From a virus: a stretch of 64,000 nucleotides of DNA. The stretch lies in the IMG/VR virus record IMGVR_UViG_3300025834_000173; one strand, given 5' to 3'. How positions within the stretch are numbered: the stretch's first letter is position 1; each line of letters opens with the position of its first letter. Positions 53,413 through 62,989 of the stretch are shown here, piece by piece. The position numbers and the translations under genes were made by a program. Below the pieces are notes generated by a model. That model made no database searches and was not told the origin of the DNA. It saw only the letters and a program-made list of their open reading frames with translations.

Positions 53413-54591
53413 TTATATCTCTCTTGTAAGTGATTCTTTTCTTCCCCATATGCAAGGTTCTTTACAGCTCAATAACTGACACTTGGTTTTAGGCTTGTCC
53501 TCATCTACATATGATTCAATTAGTTTTCTAATGTATTTTGATGTATTTATTCTATTTCTGTACATCTTCATTAATGTGTCTTGAGTTTGTTTTGTTACTT
53601 CTATCTGAGCTCGCCCACAAAGTCTTTCTTTTGCTTTCAAGAAGAAATCTTCTGTATCTCCTCTTTCTAATACTGCTACAGATGTTCCTTGAGGCACATA
53701 CTGTAACACCTTTTGCATATCTGTTAACCATTCTTCTTCTAACTTATTCCCTCTTATAATTTGAGGTACATAAAACCTTATTGATTTACCATTAAACCCT
53801 AAATTATATTTCAATGTTCTGTGTCTTTGTAATTGTGCATACCCTACAAATGTAACTTCGTATTTAACCGCATATGTTTCACCAAATTGCTCTTTTGCAT
53901 AATATATTCTGTCATTATCTATTAAGTTTAATTTTCTATTCTTATTTTCTCTTAAACTGCTTATTCTTACTATTTCAATTTCTTTTCTTAGTTCAGTAAA
54001 CTCTCTTTTCAAATTATCCTTGAAATATCCATCTTCAAATTGTTCGTAGTCATACTTCTCTAACCAATCCATTATATAGTTCCACTGTTTTAATGAAGTT
54101 GTATAACTCATAGTAGTTGGCGTAAATACACTTAATATATATCTAGCATTTTCTTTTGCTAGCTTGTCAACTGTCTTAATATCAATTCTTTCTCCGTAAA
54201 CTTCTATTATTCTTTCTGAAAATATTTTGTTCCATTTTTCATATAATTCTCGTTCAATCTCTGAATTTCCTGTCATTTCAGTATATCTTCCAGACTTCTC
54301 AGATGTTTCATAGCAATTCAAATTGTTCATGTATATTGCACCTATCTTTGAAATACCCTCTAATAATAATGTTATTTGAACATGGTCAGCTATTGAATGA
54401 TGCCCTGTTGGTATTATCGTATCAAATCTTTTTACTGCTTTCTCAAAGTCTGTCACATATGTTCCGAAATATTTATCTTTCATGTAGCATATTCCTGCCT
54501 GTGCTCCTGAGAATGCCTTAAAGTTTTCTAATAAATCTTTTTCCTTATCTTCTAAATGATTTGTAGTATATCCTATTATTGTTGCCTTCAT
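53413..54591 (-). CDS. thyX: Flavin-dependent thymidylate synthase, long (two-domain) form
   Basis: GHHSIADH, SEKSGRY, AQLQRHRT, RLCGRAQ motifs; 392 aa. Confidence 0.75.
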   Translation of the reverse strand: MKATIIGYTTNHLEDKEKDLLENFKAFSGAQAGICYMKDKYFGTYVTDFEKAVKRFDTIIPTGHHSIADHVQITLLLEGISKIGAIYMNNLNCYETSEKSGRYTEMTGNSEIERELYEKWNKIFSERIIEVYGERIDIKTVDKLAKENARYILSVFTPTTMSYTTSLKQWNYIMDWLEKYDYEQFEDGYFKDNLKREFTELRKEIEIVRISSLRENKNRKLNLIDNDRIYYAKEQFGETYAVKYEVTFVGYAQLQRHRTLKYNLGFNGKSIRFYVPQIIRGNKLEEEWLTDMQKVLQYVPQGTSVAVLERGDTEDFFLKAKERLCGRAQIEVTKQTQDTLMKMYRNRINTSKYIRKLIESYVDEDKPKTKCQLLSCKEPCIWGRKESLTREI

Positions 54592-54607
54592 CTTTTGTTA
54601 TTTCTCC

Positions 54608-54829
54608 TTAATATTTAGTTATGTTATTGAATATTTTCCAAAATCTACTTAAATCCTTTTGTTTTGATGTATACAATGCTCCTGAGGTAATATCTTCTTT
54701 ACCGTTATTTAAAAAAGCTTTATCAGATACAATCAAACAATCTTCTCCAGTTTCTTTATAATACTTCTCTACTGCCTTTATGTATTTATTTTTATATTTA
54801 TTCGTGAATTTTGTTACTAACTTGTACAT
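54608..54829 (-). CDS. Small hypothetical protein
   Basis: Open frame abutting its neighbours. Confidence 0.55.
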   Translation of the reverse strand: MYKLVTKFTNKYKNKYIKAVEKYYKETGEDCLIVSDKAFLNNGKEDITSGALYTSKQKDLSRFWKIFNNITKY

Positions 54830-55306
54830 TTAAACTATTTTCCTTTTTGTTAGTTTGCTTAATTCCTCAATGTCTTGTTCACTTACATCTAGTAAATCTA
54901 TTCTATAATAATGATTATCGTCTACTAAACCATCAAATAAACTATCTTTAAATAGGAAGCAATATCTCCCATCTGTTAGTATTCTATATGATGTCTTCAA
55001 TTTTGAGTTGTATTCCCTATTACCTATCCCCTCAAATCTTCGTAAACTCGTATCAAATATTTTAGCTTCTACTGTTAATACTTGTGAATCTCTTGTATCA
55101 TGTAATACGAAATCTATTCCACCGTCATCGTTAAATCTATAGTCAGTACTAAAATTTATTTTAACGTCTTTATTTAAATCATATCCCAGCATTTCTATAA
55201 AAGGTACAACCAAGTCTCTAATTGTATCTATCCCACGTTGTTTTTTAAATATCATTTCTTTAATTCTTTCCTGTATTATGTCTAATTTTATTAAGTCTAC
55301 TAGCAT
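54830..55306 (-). CDS. Stand-alone type I restriction enzyme HsdR N-terminal-like PD-(D/E)xK domain
   Basis: LVVPFIEMLGYD, IDFVL, TVEAK, ILTDG pattern. Confidence 0.65.
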   Translation of the reverse strand: MLVDLIKLDIIQERIKEMIFKKQRGIDTIRDLVVPFIEMLGYDLNKDVKINFSTDYRFNDDGGIDFVLHDTRDSQVLTVEAKIFDTSLRRFEGIGNREYNSKLKTSYRILTDGRYCFLFKDSLFDGLVDDNHYYRIDLLDVSEQDIEELSKLTKRKIV

Positions 55307-55319
55307 TAAGTACTTCCTC

Positions 55320-56102
55320 CTATTGTATCTTTAATCTTGCTCTTAATATGTCTTCATTACAATTTAAAATGTTCTCTTTATTATAACCTACTTCATTTAA
55401 CAATTCTATTGCTTTATCAAATTTTCCCACTCTATCACAATAGTGTGAGTCTGTTCCTAAATATATTTCACAACCTATGTCCTTTGCTACAGTTAACCAG
55501 TATCTCATTCTTTCCACTGTGCCATCTCCCTTTTTTCGTAAACTACTTTCATTTACTTCTAAAGGTATTCCAAAGTCATAAGCCATTTGTACCATGTTTT
55601 CTAAATACTCCAATACTTCATCAGCTAACCACATTTCTTCTGTACTGTACTTATTATTTTTTACTCTGTGCAACTCTCTTTCAGGGTGTGCAAATGCTGT
55701 AGCTAAACCTGTTCCAAGTATGTTCTCATACTCATTAAGCAAGTCTTTAAATGAAATACTTTCTATGTCTACAAAATAATCGTGTAAACTCATTAGTCTC
55801 CAATTAAGTGTATTTTTGAATGATAATGCTTCTTTGTTATTATGAAACATATTAAGTTCTACTCCACCTATAATGTTAATATATTTTTCTATGTCTACTA
55901 CACTTTCTAAGGAATTAAACATATTAAGTTCTTCTTTTCTTTCTAATTCTCCACTTCTTCCATAGAAATGGTCTGTTAATGCTATGTACTTTAATCCGTT
56001 ATTTTTAGCTTCTGTTACATTTTCTTTTACTGTTGAATAAGCATGCCCAGATGCTACACTATGAATATGTAAATCTGCTAATATATCTTCTCTTTTTATC
56101 AA
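55320..56102 (-). CDS. PHP-family phosphoesterase (YcdX-like)
   Basis: DLHIHSVASGHAYST, LTDH, GVELN, AHP, EVNES, GTDSH. Confidence 0.9.
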   Translation of the reverse strand: MIKREDILADLHIHSVASGHAYSTVKENVTEAKNNGLKYIALTDHFYGRSGELERKEELNMFNSLESVVDIEKYINIIGGVELNMFHNNKEALSFKNTLNWRLMSLHDYFVDIESISFKDLLNEYENILGTGLATAFAHPERELHRVKNNKYSTEEMWLADEVLEYLENMVQMAYDFGIPLEVNESSLRKKGDGTVERMRYWLTVAKDIGCEIYLGTDSHYCDRVGKFDKAIELLNEVGYNKENILNCNEDILRARLKIQ

Positions 56103-56191
56103 AATTGACCCCCAACCTACTACTTATTTTTCTTTCCTACTCCGTAAACATCTTGACCGTTCATTGATATAAATTTTAGTTCACATTCCAT

Positions 56192-56422
56192 TTACATCTC
56201 TTCTACTTCATATTCATAGAGTAAATATCCAATTGACTCTCCATCTTCTGTTTCTAAACTATACAAAGGTTTGCCTCCCATTGTATTGCCATAAGCTGGA
56301 TTTTCATCTGTATTTACTGCTATACCTGTTACTGTTAATACTTCATCTTTCCAATCATATTATTTATATGTAATTCTTCTTGCCTGTCCTGCTAAAATTA
56401 CTCTGTCTCCTACTTCAACTAT
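56192..56422 (-). pseudogene. Small SH3/KOW-like gene with in-frame TAA and non-canonical ATA start
   Basis: After RBS AAGGGAG: ATA GTT GAA GTA GGA GAC AGA... = (I)VEVGDRVILAGQARRITYK*YDWKDEVLTVTG...YEVEEM*; the stop at 56360-56362 is codon 21 of 77. Confidence 0.65.
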
Positions 56423-56439
56423 ATCTTGCTCCCTTATTC

Positions 56440-56934
56440 TTAATATACTTCCCAAAAGTAATTATAAACTTTTCTGTATTCGCCATTCTGTAGATTTATA
56501 CTTTGTTTACTTTGTCTTATTATTTTGTTAGTCATCTTTTTTGCAAGTTTTCTTCTTCCACAATAGTATACCATTTTTAAATATCTGTTACCTGTTTCTT
56601 TGTCTTCTTTTTCGTAAACTTGATATACATTTTTGCTCTGTAAATCTCTTAGTATTTTCTTTCTAATACCTTTTCTTATGTATTTATTATCCCTAACTTT
56701 TCTACTGACCCTTAAATTCTCATGCTGTGGTTCTAAATCCCCATACCATGGTTTCAAATAATCTCCAAGTAGAAGTTCTAAATCTTGTTCCCTCATTTCA
56801 TAATAAGCGTCTTCACTTTCTTCACAATCGTTAGTAATTAGACCTTTACCAAAATCAAAATGTTCAGATTGTAAATCTCTGTATGCCCTTACTTCCTCTA
56901 AATCTCCCCAAAGCATTCCTATTCTTTTACTCAT
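56440..56934 (-). CDS. Hypothetical basic protein
   Basis: AAGGTGG RBS; 164-aa open frame. Confidence 0.65.
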   Translation of the reverse strand: MSKRIGMLWGDLEEVRAYRDLQSEHFDFGKGLITNDCEESEDAYYEMREQDLELLLGDYLKPWYGDLEPQHENLRVSRKVRDNKYIRKGIRKKILRDLQSKNVYQVYEKEDKETGNRYLKMVYYCGRRKLAKKMTNKIIRQSKQSINLQNGEYRKVYNYFWEVY

Positions 56935-56952
56935 AGTTCAACCACCTTATCA

Positions 56953-57015
56953 TCAAATTTCATTTTACATAGTTACTAGTATGCTAAATTAATATCAGTT
57001 AAAAATTAGTTTAAA
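56953..57015 (-). promoter_or_regulatory. Conserved ~63-bp upstream element, copy B
   Basis: Minus strand TTTAAAC-N10-CTG-N2-ATTAA-N5-CATACTAGTAACTATGT...ATTTGA, upstream of the RBS of 56934. Confidence 0.7.
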
Positions 57016-57082
57016 TCACATATATCTAATAGTATTAAGTTTTTTATTACATGTTTCAATTAATTAATTGTTCATCTCCTAT

Positions 57083-57979
57083 TTAAGCATGTTTATACAT
57101 ATATTCTTCTGATGTATTTATAAATTTAACTGGTATATAAGGAATACCTAACTGTTTAGCAATATCTAATACTGATGTACATCCTATTATACACCTAGAT
57201 TTAATATATACAGGTTCTTCAAAAAATCCAAATTCTAAAAAGAAATTTAAATTATTTAAATAATCTTCTGTGTCTCTACAATATTCGCCTCTATGCATTG
57301 TATTAACATAGTCTGTTGCTAATAAAGTATCGCTCTTTAATGGAACTCTACAAGACTTCTTATTTTTCTTACGTACAAAGAATGCCCCTCCAGTTATATT
57401 TTTAACTGGCAAATAATTTATCCCGTATTCTTTAGCCATAGCGTATATTGTAAATCCTCTTATAATTGTGTTATTTCTTGATATATGTATTACCCCATTT
57501 AATATTTTTGTTTCCATATATTCATTGTATATCTTTTCTAATACTCTATCATGTCTTAGATTATCCAACATCTTTTGAGTTTTTAAATTAATCTCAATTT
57601 GTGATATTGGCATTACTTCGTCTGCATTTCCTAGATAATATATAGTTTGTCCAAATCCAGTTATTTTATTTACTTCTTTTTCCCTAATCTTCTTTATTGC
57701 ATTTTTAATTAATTTTGTTCTTTCCTCTTTATTTTTAGACTTTTGAATTATTTCTTTGTACTCCCCGTGTGTTAAGCAATTTTTCTCTTTGTTGCAATCG
57801 CAACAAGATTCCGTAAAATTACTGAATACTGATTTACCCCCTCTAATCAAAGGTGTTTTGTGTTCTATTGTAATCGTTTCCAATGTTAATTCTTTCCCAC
57901 AGTACTCACATTTTATTGGAAATACTATCTTATTCCTGTAACTTCTCATTATTGCTTTGTCAATTCCATCTCTACTCAT
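57083..57979 (-). CDS. HNH endonuclease fused to two degenerate ParB/Srx-like repeats
   Basis: CEYCG...IEHKTPLIRGG...CCDCNKEK; then two similar segments ending AKEYGINYLPVK and AKQLGIPYIPVK. Confidence 0.7.
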   Translation of the reverse strand: MSRDGIDKAIMRSYRNKIVFPIKCEYCGKELTLETITIEHKTPLIRGGKSVFSNFTESCCDCNKEKNCLTHGEYKEIIQKSKNKEERTKLIKNAIKKIREKEVNKITGFGQTIYYLGNADEVMPISQIEINLKTQKMLDNLRHDRVLEKIYNEYMETKILNGVIHISRNNTIIRGFTIYAMAKEYGINYLPVKNITGGAFFVRKKNKKSCRVPLKSDTLLATDYVNTMHRGEYCRDTEDYLNNLNFFLEFGFFEEPVYIKSRCIIGCTSVLDIAKQLGIPYIPVKFINTSEEYMYKHA

Positions 57980-58076
57980 TTTCTCTACACCCCGTTTATC
58001 TTTAGTCTATTATAGTTTTATTCCCCTATACAATTTTTATGCTGTTATTGCTTAAACATTTAGTTTACTATTTTTA

Positions 58077-58823
58077 TTATCCTATAAGTCCTCTTACTAC
58101 GTTTATTAAAGCTGTAAATATGTTTATATTGAATATTATCATCCCTATTGAGAATGCTATACTTACCGGTACAAATACTTTTGAAAGTTTTCTTAATATT
58201 ATTTCTCCACCTTTATCGTTTCCAGTTCTGAAGAAATCACCTTTTGCTATGAATATATGTTTTTGCCAGAAGAATAATCTAATTCCACCACCTAAATCTG
58301 CAAATAAGTGAGACCATGCACCGACCATCGTAAACATTATAGTTGATAATATCAAACTATTAAGTATTCCATCCTCTAAAAACTGACCCATTATTAATTG
58401 TCCTGCTCCACCTAAGAAGTCCAATGCTCCCATTAAATTATTATCAACTATTATAGGAAACACTTTACACATCAACAATGCAAATAATATAAATGTCATT
58501 GTTATTGTGTCAAAACTATGTGAATATTTTCCTCTATGAACTGTTCCAAATGACCTAATGAATCTCCCTAATATTGGGTGGTCATTTGATGGTGTTGTGT
58601 TAGATTTATCTAAATCCGGATATCCTGCTCCTAATTCTGAACAAGCTTTGTAACCTACTGCTAATGAAGCTGCTGCTAAACCTGTTGCAACTACTGTTGA
58701 ACTAAAGTTTCCTGTATTTTGATAAACTTCTATAGGATTAACCACTACACCTGTACTAAACATAAGTGGTAAACTTAACCAAAAAGCATTTTCTCCGACT
58801 AATTTATGGGTTTCATATAACAT
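58077..58823 (-). CDS. Membrane-bound metal-dependent hydrolase (YdjM/DUF457-like)
   Basis: N-terminal ETH, PDLD, HRGKYSHS and SHLFAD motifs with TM helices. Confidence 0.82.
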   Translation of the reverse strand: MLYETHKLVGENAFWLSLPLMFSTGVVVNPIEVYQNTGNFSSTVVATGLAAASLAVGYKACSELGAGYPDLDKSNTTPSNDHPILGRFIRSFGTVHRGKYSHSFDTITMTFILFALLMCKVFPIIVDNNLMGALDFLGGAGQLIMGQFLEDGILNSLILSTIMFTMVGAWSHLFADLGGGIRLFFWQKHIFIAKGDFFRTGNDKGGEIILRKLSKVFVPVSIAFSIGMIIFNINIFTALINVVRGLIG

Positions 58824-58876
58824 TTTTTCTGTCCTCCAAATTTTTTTATTTATTTTCTACCCCTTAACCATGATTT

Positions 58877-58905
58877 ATTATAACATAACTCATAACTTTT
58901 GTCAA
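58877..58905 (-). promoter_or_regulatory. Consensus sigma-A promoter with extended -10
   Basis: TTGACA-17 bp-TATAAT with TG at -15/-14, upstream of 58823. Confidence 0.85.
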
Positions 58906-59027
58906 TACTTTTTTTATACTTTTTTTAATAATTTTTAAAAAATTACATATACTAATAATTTAACCACATTTTATTTAATTATAAACACTTAACCATCGTA
59001 AATTATGTATGTTAAGTGTTTATAATT

Positions 59028-59303
59028 TTATTTTATATTCTTTTCTATAAATTTCTTATTATATTCATTATCACTAGTTTCTACTATACTTATTGAAGCT
59101 ACTGATATATCAAGCATCGTTCCTCTTGCTCCACCCCACTCATCATCTGCTTTTATTTCCACGTAATTACTACCGTCTCTTACATAGTCACTGTGAATTA
59201 ATCCCTTACATACTCTGTATCCTTCTCCGTATGATTCAACCCCTATTAGATAATCACCGTATTGTATCTTTTTTAAATCTTCAACTGTTTCTAATAGTAT
59301 CAT
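59028..59303 (-). CDS. Small hypothetical protein
   Basis: GGAGGGG RBS; open frame. Confidence 0.6.
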   Translation of the reverse strand: MILLETVEDLKKIQYGDYLIGVESYGEGYRVCKGLIHSDYVRDGSNYVEIKADDEWGGARGTMLDISVASISIVETSDNEYNKKFIEKNIK

Positions 59304-59325
59304 TTTCCCCTCCGTAAAAATCTAT

Positions 59326-59547
59326 TTAGTTTCCGCTGTATTGTCCGTTTTCTTTCTTATTAAAACACCCATAAACATACTCTCTAGTTCCATATCTTCC
59401 CCAGTAATATTCTACTTCTCCATCTCTAATTGAATAGTTCCACGCTACCCATTCGTCTTTTCCTCTAGTATAACCTACTACCGATTGTTCCCCTTGTGTC
59501 ACTATTTCATACCCTGCATTTACTTCACCTTTTAAGTCTAACATCAT
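59326..59547 (-). CDS. Small hypothetical protein (paralogue of 52694-52915)
   Basis: Probable start MMLDLK with GGAGG RBS (alternative ATG at 59592). Confidence 0.6.
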   Translation of the reverse strand: MMLDLKGEVNAGYEIVTQGEQSVVGYTRGKDEWVAWNYSIRDGEVEYYWGRYGTREYVYGCFNKKENGQYSGN

Positions 59548-59661
59548 AAATACCTCCGTAAATTCTATTTTTGAACGAATTTTACCCCACATTCATAAAT
59601 ACAATTTAGTTCAATTCTCATGAAACATATTTTATACACTATAGTTTTTATTAAATTAATC

Positions 59662-59724
59662 TCAAATCTCAATCTATATAGTTACTAGTATATCCTTTTA
59701 ATAATAGATTTATTATAGTTTAAA
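59662..59724 (-). promoter_or_regulatory. Conserved ~63-bp upstream element, copy C
   Basis: Same register as copies A and B: TCAAAT, ATAGTTACTAGTAT, TTAAT, AG, GTTTAAA. Confidence 0.7.
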
Positions 59725-59735
59725 CACAAAATAAA

Positions 59736-59762
59736 AGTGGTAAAACATATAGTTTTACCACT
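59736..59762 (-). terminator. Intrinsic terminator
   Basis: AGTGGTAAAAC-ATATA-GTTTTACCACT with an adjacent A-run. Confidence 0.8.
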
Positions 59763-59807
59763 CATAAGTATGATATTTGAATCAGGCTTTAATCATGCCC
59801 TGTAATA

Positions 59808-60143
59808 TTATTCTAAATCTTCGTCTGTTATTCTATTTTTGTCTACTTTAGATGTAGGAGATTCTTCTAACTTTAATGTCCTTATTATTGCTGGTCTAAC
59901 AACAGCTTGAGATACTATTCCTACTAAAGCTATTTCTCCTGCTTTATCTTTAGGTAATATTTTTACTATCCCTTTAATGTTATACCCCCTACCTAATCGT
60001 AAAATCTGTTGAGCATGTCTTCTTTGTGCTATCAACACTTTCTTTACGTTAGTCATGGATATACCAGACATTTTTGAAATCTCATTTACTTGTTCCTCTA
60101 GTTCGCAAACTTCTATATTTTTAATATCATCTAAATTTGCCAT
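59808..60143 (-). CDS. HU/IHF-like DNA-binding protein (divergent)
   Basis: EISKMSGISMTNVKKVL...GYNIKGIVKI matches the HU helix-helix-strand pattern; family call is by eye. Confidence 0.5.
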   Translation of the reverse strand: MANLDDIKNIEVCELEEQVNEISKMSGISMTNVKKVLIAQRRHAQQILRLGRGYNIKGIVKILPKDKAGEIALVGIVSQAVVRPAIIRTLKLEESPTSKVDKNRITDEDLE

Positions 60144-60235
60144 TCCCTATTCCTCCTGTTCTATTTCCTTCTTATTCTTCAATATTTTATTTTTGCCTTG
60201 CCCCTCAGCCATAAATCACTTTCCCCTCGTACTAA

Positions 60236-61558
60236 TTAATTATCTAAATCAATTTCGTTCGAACCCCCATCCTCTATATACTCTATATCATCATCAACTC
60301 GGAACGAATCTTCAAATAATTCTAATATATCATTTCCGGTTAACTCATCACTTTCTATTTTACTTTTATTAATTTCTTCTTTATTTCTCAAGTACTCCTT
60401 AGTACTTCTGTCTTTTTCTTTTTGAATGTCTTCTGCTACATTTCTATGTGTTACTCCCGCAAAATGCTCAGGAAATCCGAATTTCATCGTCAACATAAAT
60501 AATGCGAACCTTGGATTACTTTTGAATCTTAATGCGTCTTCAAGATAATTTAATAGCCTTATCATATCTTCCGTAGTTATTTCTTTAAATGTTCTAGCCA
60601 TTTCTTTTGCTTCGTCTTCTGTATAATTCTCTAATGACGAACCCATCTTTAATTGAAATGCATCTATCGTAAAATCTACTAAGCTATCTAAGAAATCTAT
60701 GTAGTTAGTATTATATTTTTCAGTTAATCCTTCTATATATGCGTTAGCCCCGAATATATCCCCTTTCAAACTTTTGAAATAGTTTATAAACATGTCTATT
60801 TTAGCTATATTGAATTCCTTTAATACTGCTTCATATAAAACTTCTCCAGAAGAAGCTACTCTTTCTAAGTTCTTTAAACATAGCCTTGGTGATTTCTCAC
60901 TTACCTTTATTATTACATCCAATGCTGCTTTATCATATTTTATTTTCTCTTCTAAACAAACATCTATTAGCCTTTTTCTAAGTTCTTCTTTACTTGGCTG
61001 TCTGATTTTAAATGAAGTTAATCTTGTTTTTATTGCGTCTAATAATGCATCTGGATGTGTTGTACATAAAATTATATATAACCACTCACTAGGTTCTTCT
61101 AATACTTTTAATAATGAAGACTGTGCTTTTGCACTCATTGTTTGAACCTCATCAAGTATGTATATTTTCTTTTGTTTACCTAATGGTTTTGTCTTCATTT
61201 CATCTATTAACTGTGTTATGCTATCTTTGCTACCATCTAAGTTTACGTCTACTTCTTGTATTGGTAATCCTGGAACTTTTCCACCTGTTAAAATAAATTT
61301 CTCATTTATTCTAGTACAGTTCTCACATTTTTCGCAAGGTGTACCGTCTTCTTTTGGACTTTTACAAGATAAAACCTTGGCTACTATACGCGCCATGGTT
61401 GTTTTGCCTGTCCCACTCGGACCTTCAAATAATATACTGTGAGGTAGATTATCCTTTTTAATCATGTTCTTTAACTTTTCTTTTACCGTTGTGTTTCCTA
61501 TGTAACTTTCAAAATCCTGTGGTCTATACTTTCTATCAAATTCTAATTCCTGTGCCAC
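60236..61558 (-). CDS. dnaX: DNA polymerase III gamma/tau clamp-loader subunit
   Basis: RKYRPQDF, GPSGTGKTT, CEKCENC zinc motif, YILDEVQ, ALLKVLEEP. Confidence 0.92.
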   Translation of the reverse strand: MAQELEFDRKYRPQDFESYIGNTTVKEKLKNMIKKDNLPHSILFEGPSGTGKTTMARIVAKVLSCKSPKEDGTPCEKCENCTRINEKFILTGGKVPGLPIQEVDVNLDGSKDSITQLIDEMKTKPLGKQKKIYILDEVQTMSAKAQSSLLKVLEEPSEWLYIILCTTHPDALLDAIKTRLTSFKIRQPSKEELRKRLIDVCLEEKIKYDKAALDVIIKVSEKSPRLCLKNLERVASSGEVLYEAVLKEFNIAKIDMFINYFKSLKGDIFGANAYIEGLTEKYNTNYIDFLDSLVDFTIDAFQLKMGSSLENYTEDEAKEMARTFKEITTEDMIRLLNYLEDALRFKSNPRFALFMLTMKFGFPEHFAGVTHRNVAEDIQKEKDRSTKEYLRNKEEINKSKIESDELTGNDILELFEDSFRVDDDIEYIEDGGSNEIDLDN

Positions 61559-61626
61559 TTTGTACCCTCCATAAGTTTTTCTATTTGGGATTGCCTAAAT
61601 GCATAAAATCCCCATAAATTCTATCT

Positions 61627-62322
61627 TTATATAAATAAACTTTGGCTTAAGTTTTCAGCATTAACATTATTCAAAAGAATATTTTGAACATATATAGTAT
61701 AATGTGTCTTCATACCTTCTTTTTCTTTAATGTCTTTTATGTACATACTTCCAACTATTTTAATCTTGTCCCCTTTTTTAATTTGAGGAAGACCGTCTAT
61801 TGTGTCCCAAATCATACAAGCCATTGTTCTACTATTTTCTTTTTCATCCGTAAATAGTATTTTAAAACTTTTAAACTTTCTGTCACCTTTTTTAGATGTC
61901 TTTTCAACTGTATCACTATAAACTTCACAGTCTAAAACTATTCTATTGTATTTAGTATACTCTAAACAGAAGTCTTTTAATTTCTCTGTTTCAAAATCTT
62001 TCTCTAATATTTTAACTACATTTGGTTTTATAAACACATGCTTAACAGCATTTGTATTAAATCCGAATGTAGCTACTAAAATACCTTGTGCAAATACCAA
62101 TTCGTTGTTATTAATTTTCTCTAGTGATATTTCTGAATCAGGTAATATTATATGAGTGCAAGCAACGCTTGTCTTATCTTTGAGTGACTTAACTTCTACT
62201 AGTAAATATTTAACTCCTTCGTAAATTCCTCTATCCAGTATTTTGTTTAATGTTCCTACTGTGTAGGCCATATTCTTTATTCCACTATATTCAGTGGATT
62301 TTATTATATCAAGTAACTCCAT
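61627..62322 (-). CDS. Tandem OB-fold, SSB-like protein
   Basis: C-terminal half has an SSB pattern (MACMIWD...IKKGDKIKIVGSM...TIYVQNI); the N-terminal half is similarly beta-rich. Confidence 0.55.
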   Translation of the reverse strand: MELLDIIKSTEYSGIKNMAYTVGTLNKILDRGIYEGVKYLLVEVKSLKDKTSVACTHIILPDSEISLEKINNNELVFAQGILVATFGFNTNAVKHVFIKPNVVKILEKDFETEKLKDFCLEYTKYNRIVLDCEVYSDTVEKTSKKGDRKFKSFKILFTDEKENSRTMACMIWDTIDGLPQIKKGDKIKIVGSMYIKDIKEKEGMKTHYTIYVQNILLNNVNAENLSQSLFI

Positions 62323-62363
62323 TTTATCCTCCGATTAATTTCTGTATTAAGTTGCAAATAAAT

Positions 62364-62392
62364 AAAAAAAGACAGCCTCGTTAGGCTGTCTT
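62364..62392 (-). terminator. Intrinsic terminator
   Basis: AAGACAGCCT-CGTT-AGGCTGTCTT with an A7 tract (U-tract on the minus strand). Confidence 0.9.
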
Positions 62393-62424
62393 CTATATTC
62401 GGTTCTTTAAATAATTCGGTCGAA

Positions 62425-62925
62425 TTATTTAATGCCTCTTTTTTGTTTAATAAGTTCAGCTAATTGGTCAGCTGTGAACTTAGGTTCAGCTGCTTTTCTT
62501 CCGTTTCCAGGAGTTCTAACTCTCTTCTGATTAGCTGCTGCGTATTCAGGAGATACTGAAATTCCGTTTTCTTTTACATATTCATCTAATGCTACCATTG
62601 ATTCATCCTGTAAAGAAACACCAACACCTACGATGAATATTGAAACGTCGCTAGTTCCGTCAGCTTTATTAACTGTCTTACCTGCGATTTTAACGTTTGT
62701 AGCGCCGAATACTGAAACTGCTTCAGTAGCTTCGTCTTTTGCAAGAGCTACAGTGTTCTTACCATCAGTTACTACATAACCAAAAGGTTTTCCATAAAGA
62801 GAAACTGTCTCTTTATTATCTTTTGATACGTTTTTCTTAGCTGCTTGTTTTCCCCTAAGAATAGTCTTTACTACTGTTAATTCCCCTGTGAATGCTTTGT
62901 TTAATACAAATTCTTTTGCTGCCAT
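62425..62925 (-). CDS. Orphan protein, probably highly expressed
   Basis: Perfect promoter, GGAGG RBS, own terminator, and apparent use of optimal codons (TTC, AAC, ATC, GCT). Confidence 0.8.
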   Translation of the reverse strand: MAAKEFVLNKAFTGELTVVKTILRGKQAAKKNVSKDNKETVSLYGKPFGYVVTDGKNTVALAKDEATEAVSVFGATNVKIAGKTVNKADGTSDVSIFIVGVGVSLQDESMVALDEYVKENGISVSPEYAAANQKRVRTPGNGRKAAEPKFTADQLAELIKQKRGIK

Positions 62926-62989
62926 GATTTTTTTCCTCCGATAAATTTTTTTATTTTTATTTTTATTTTCTCTTTATTCTTATATTATT

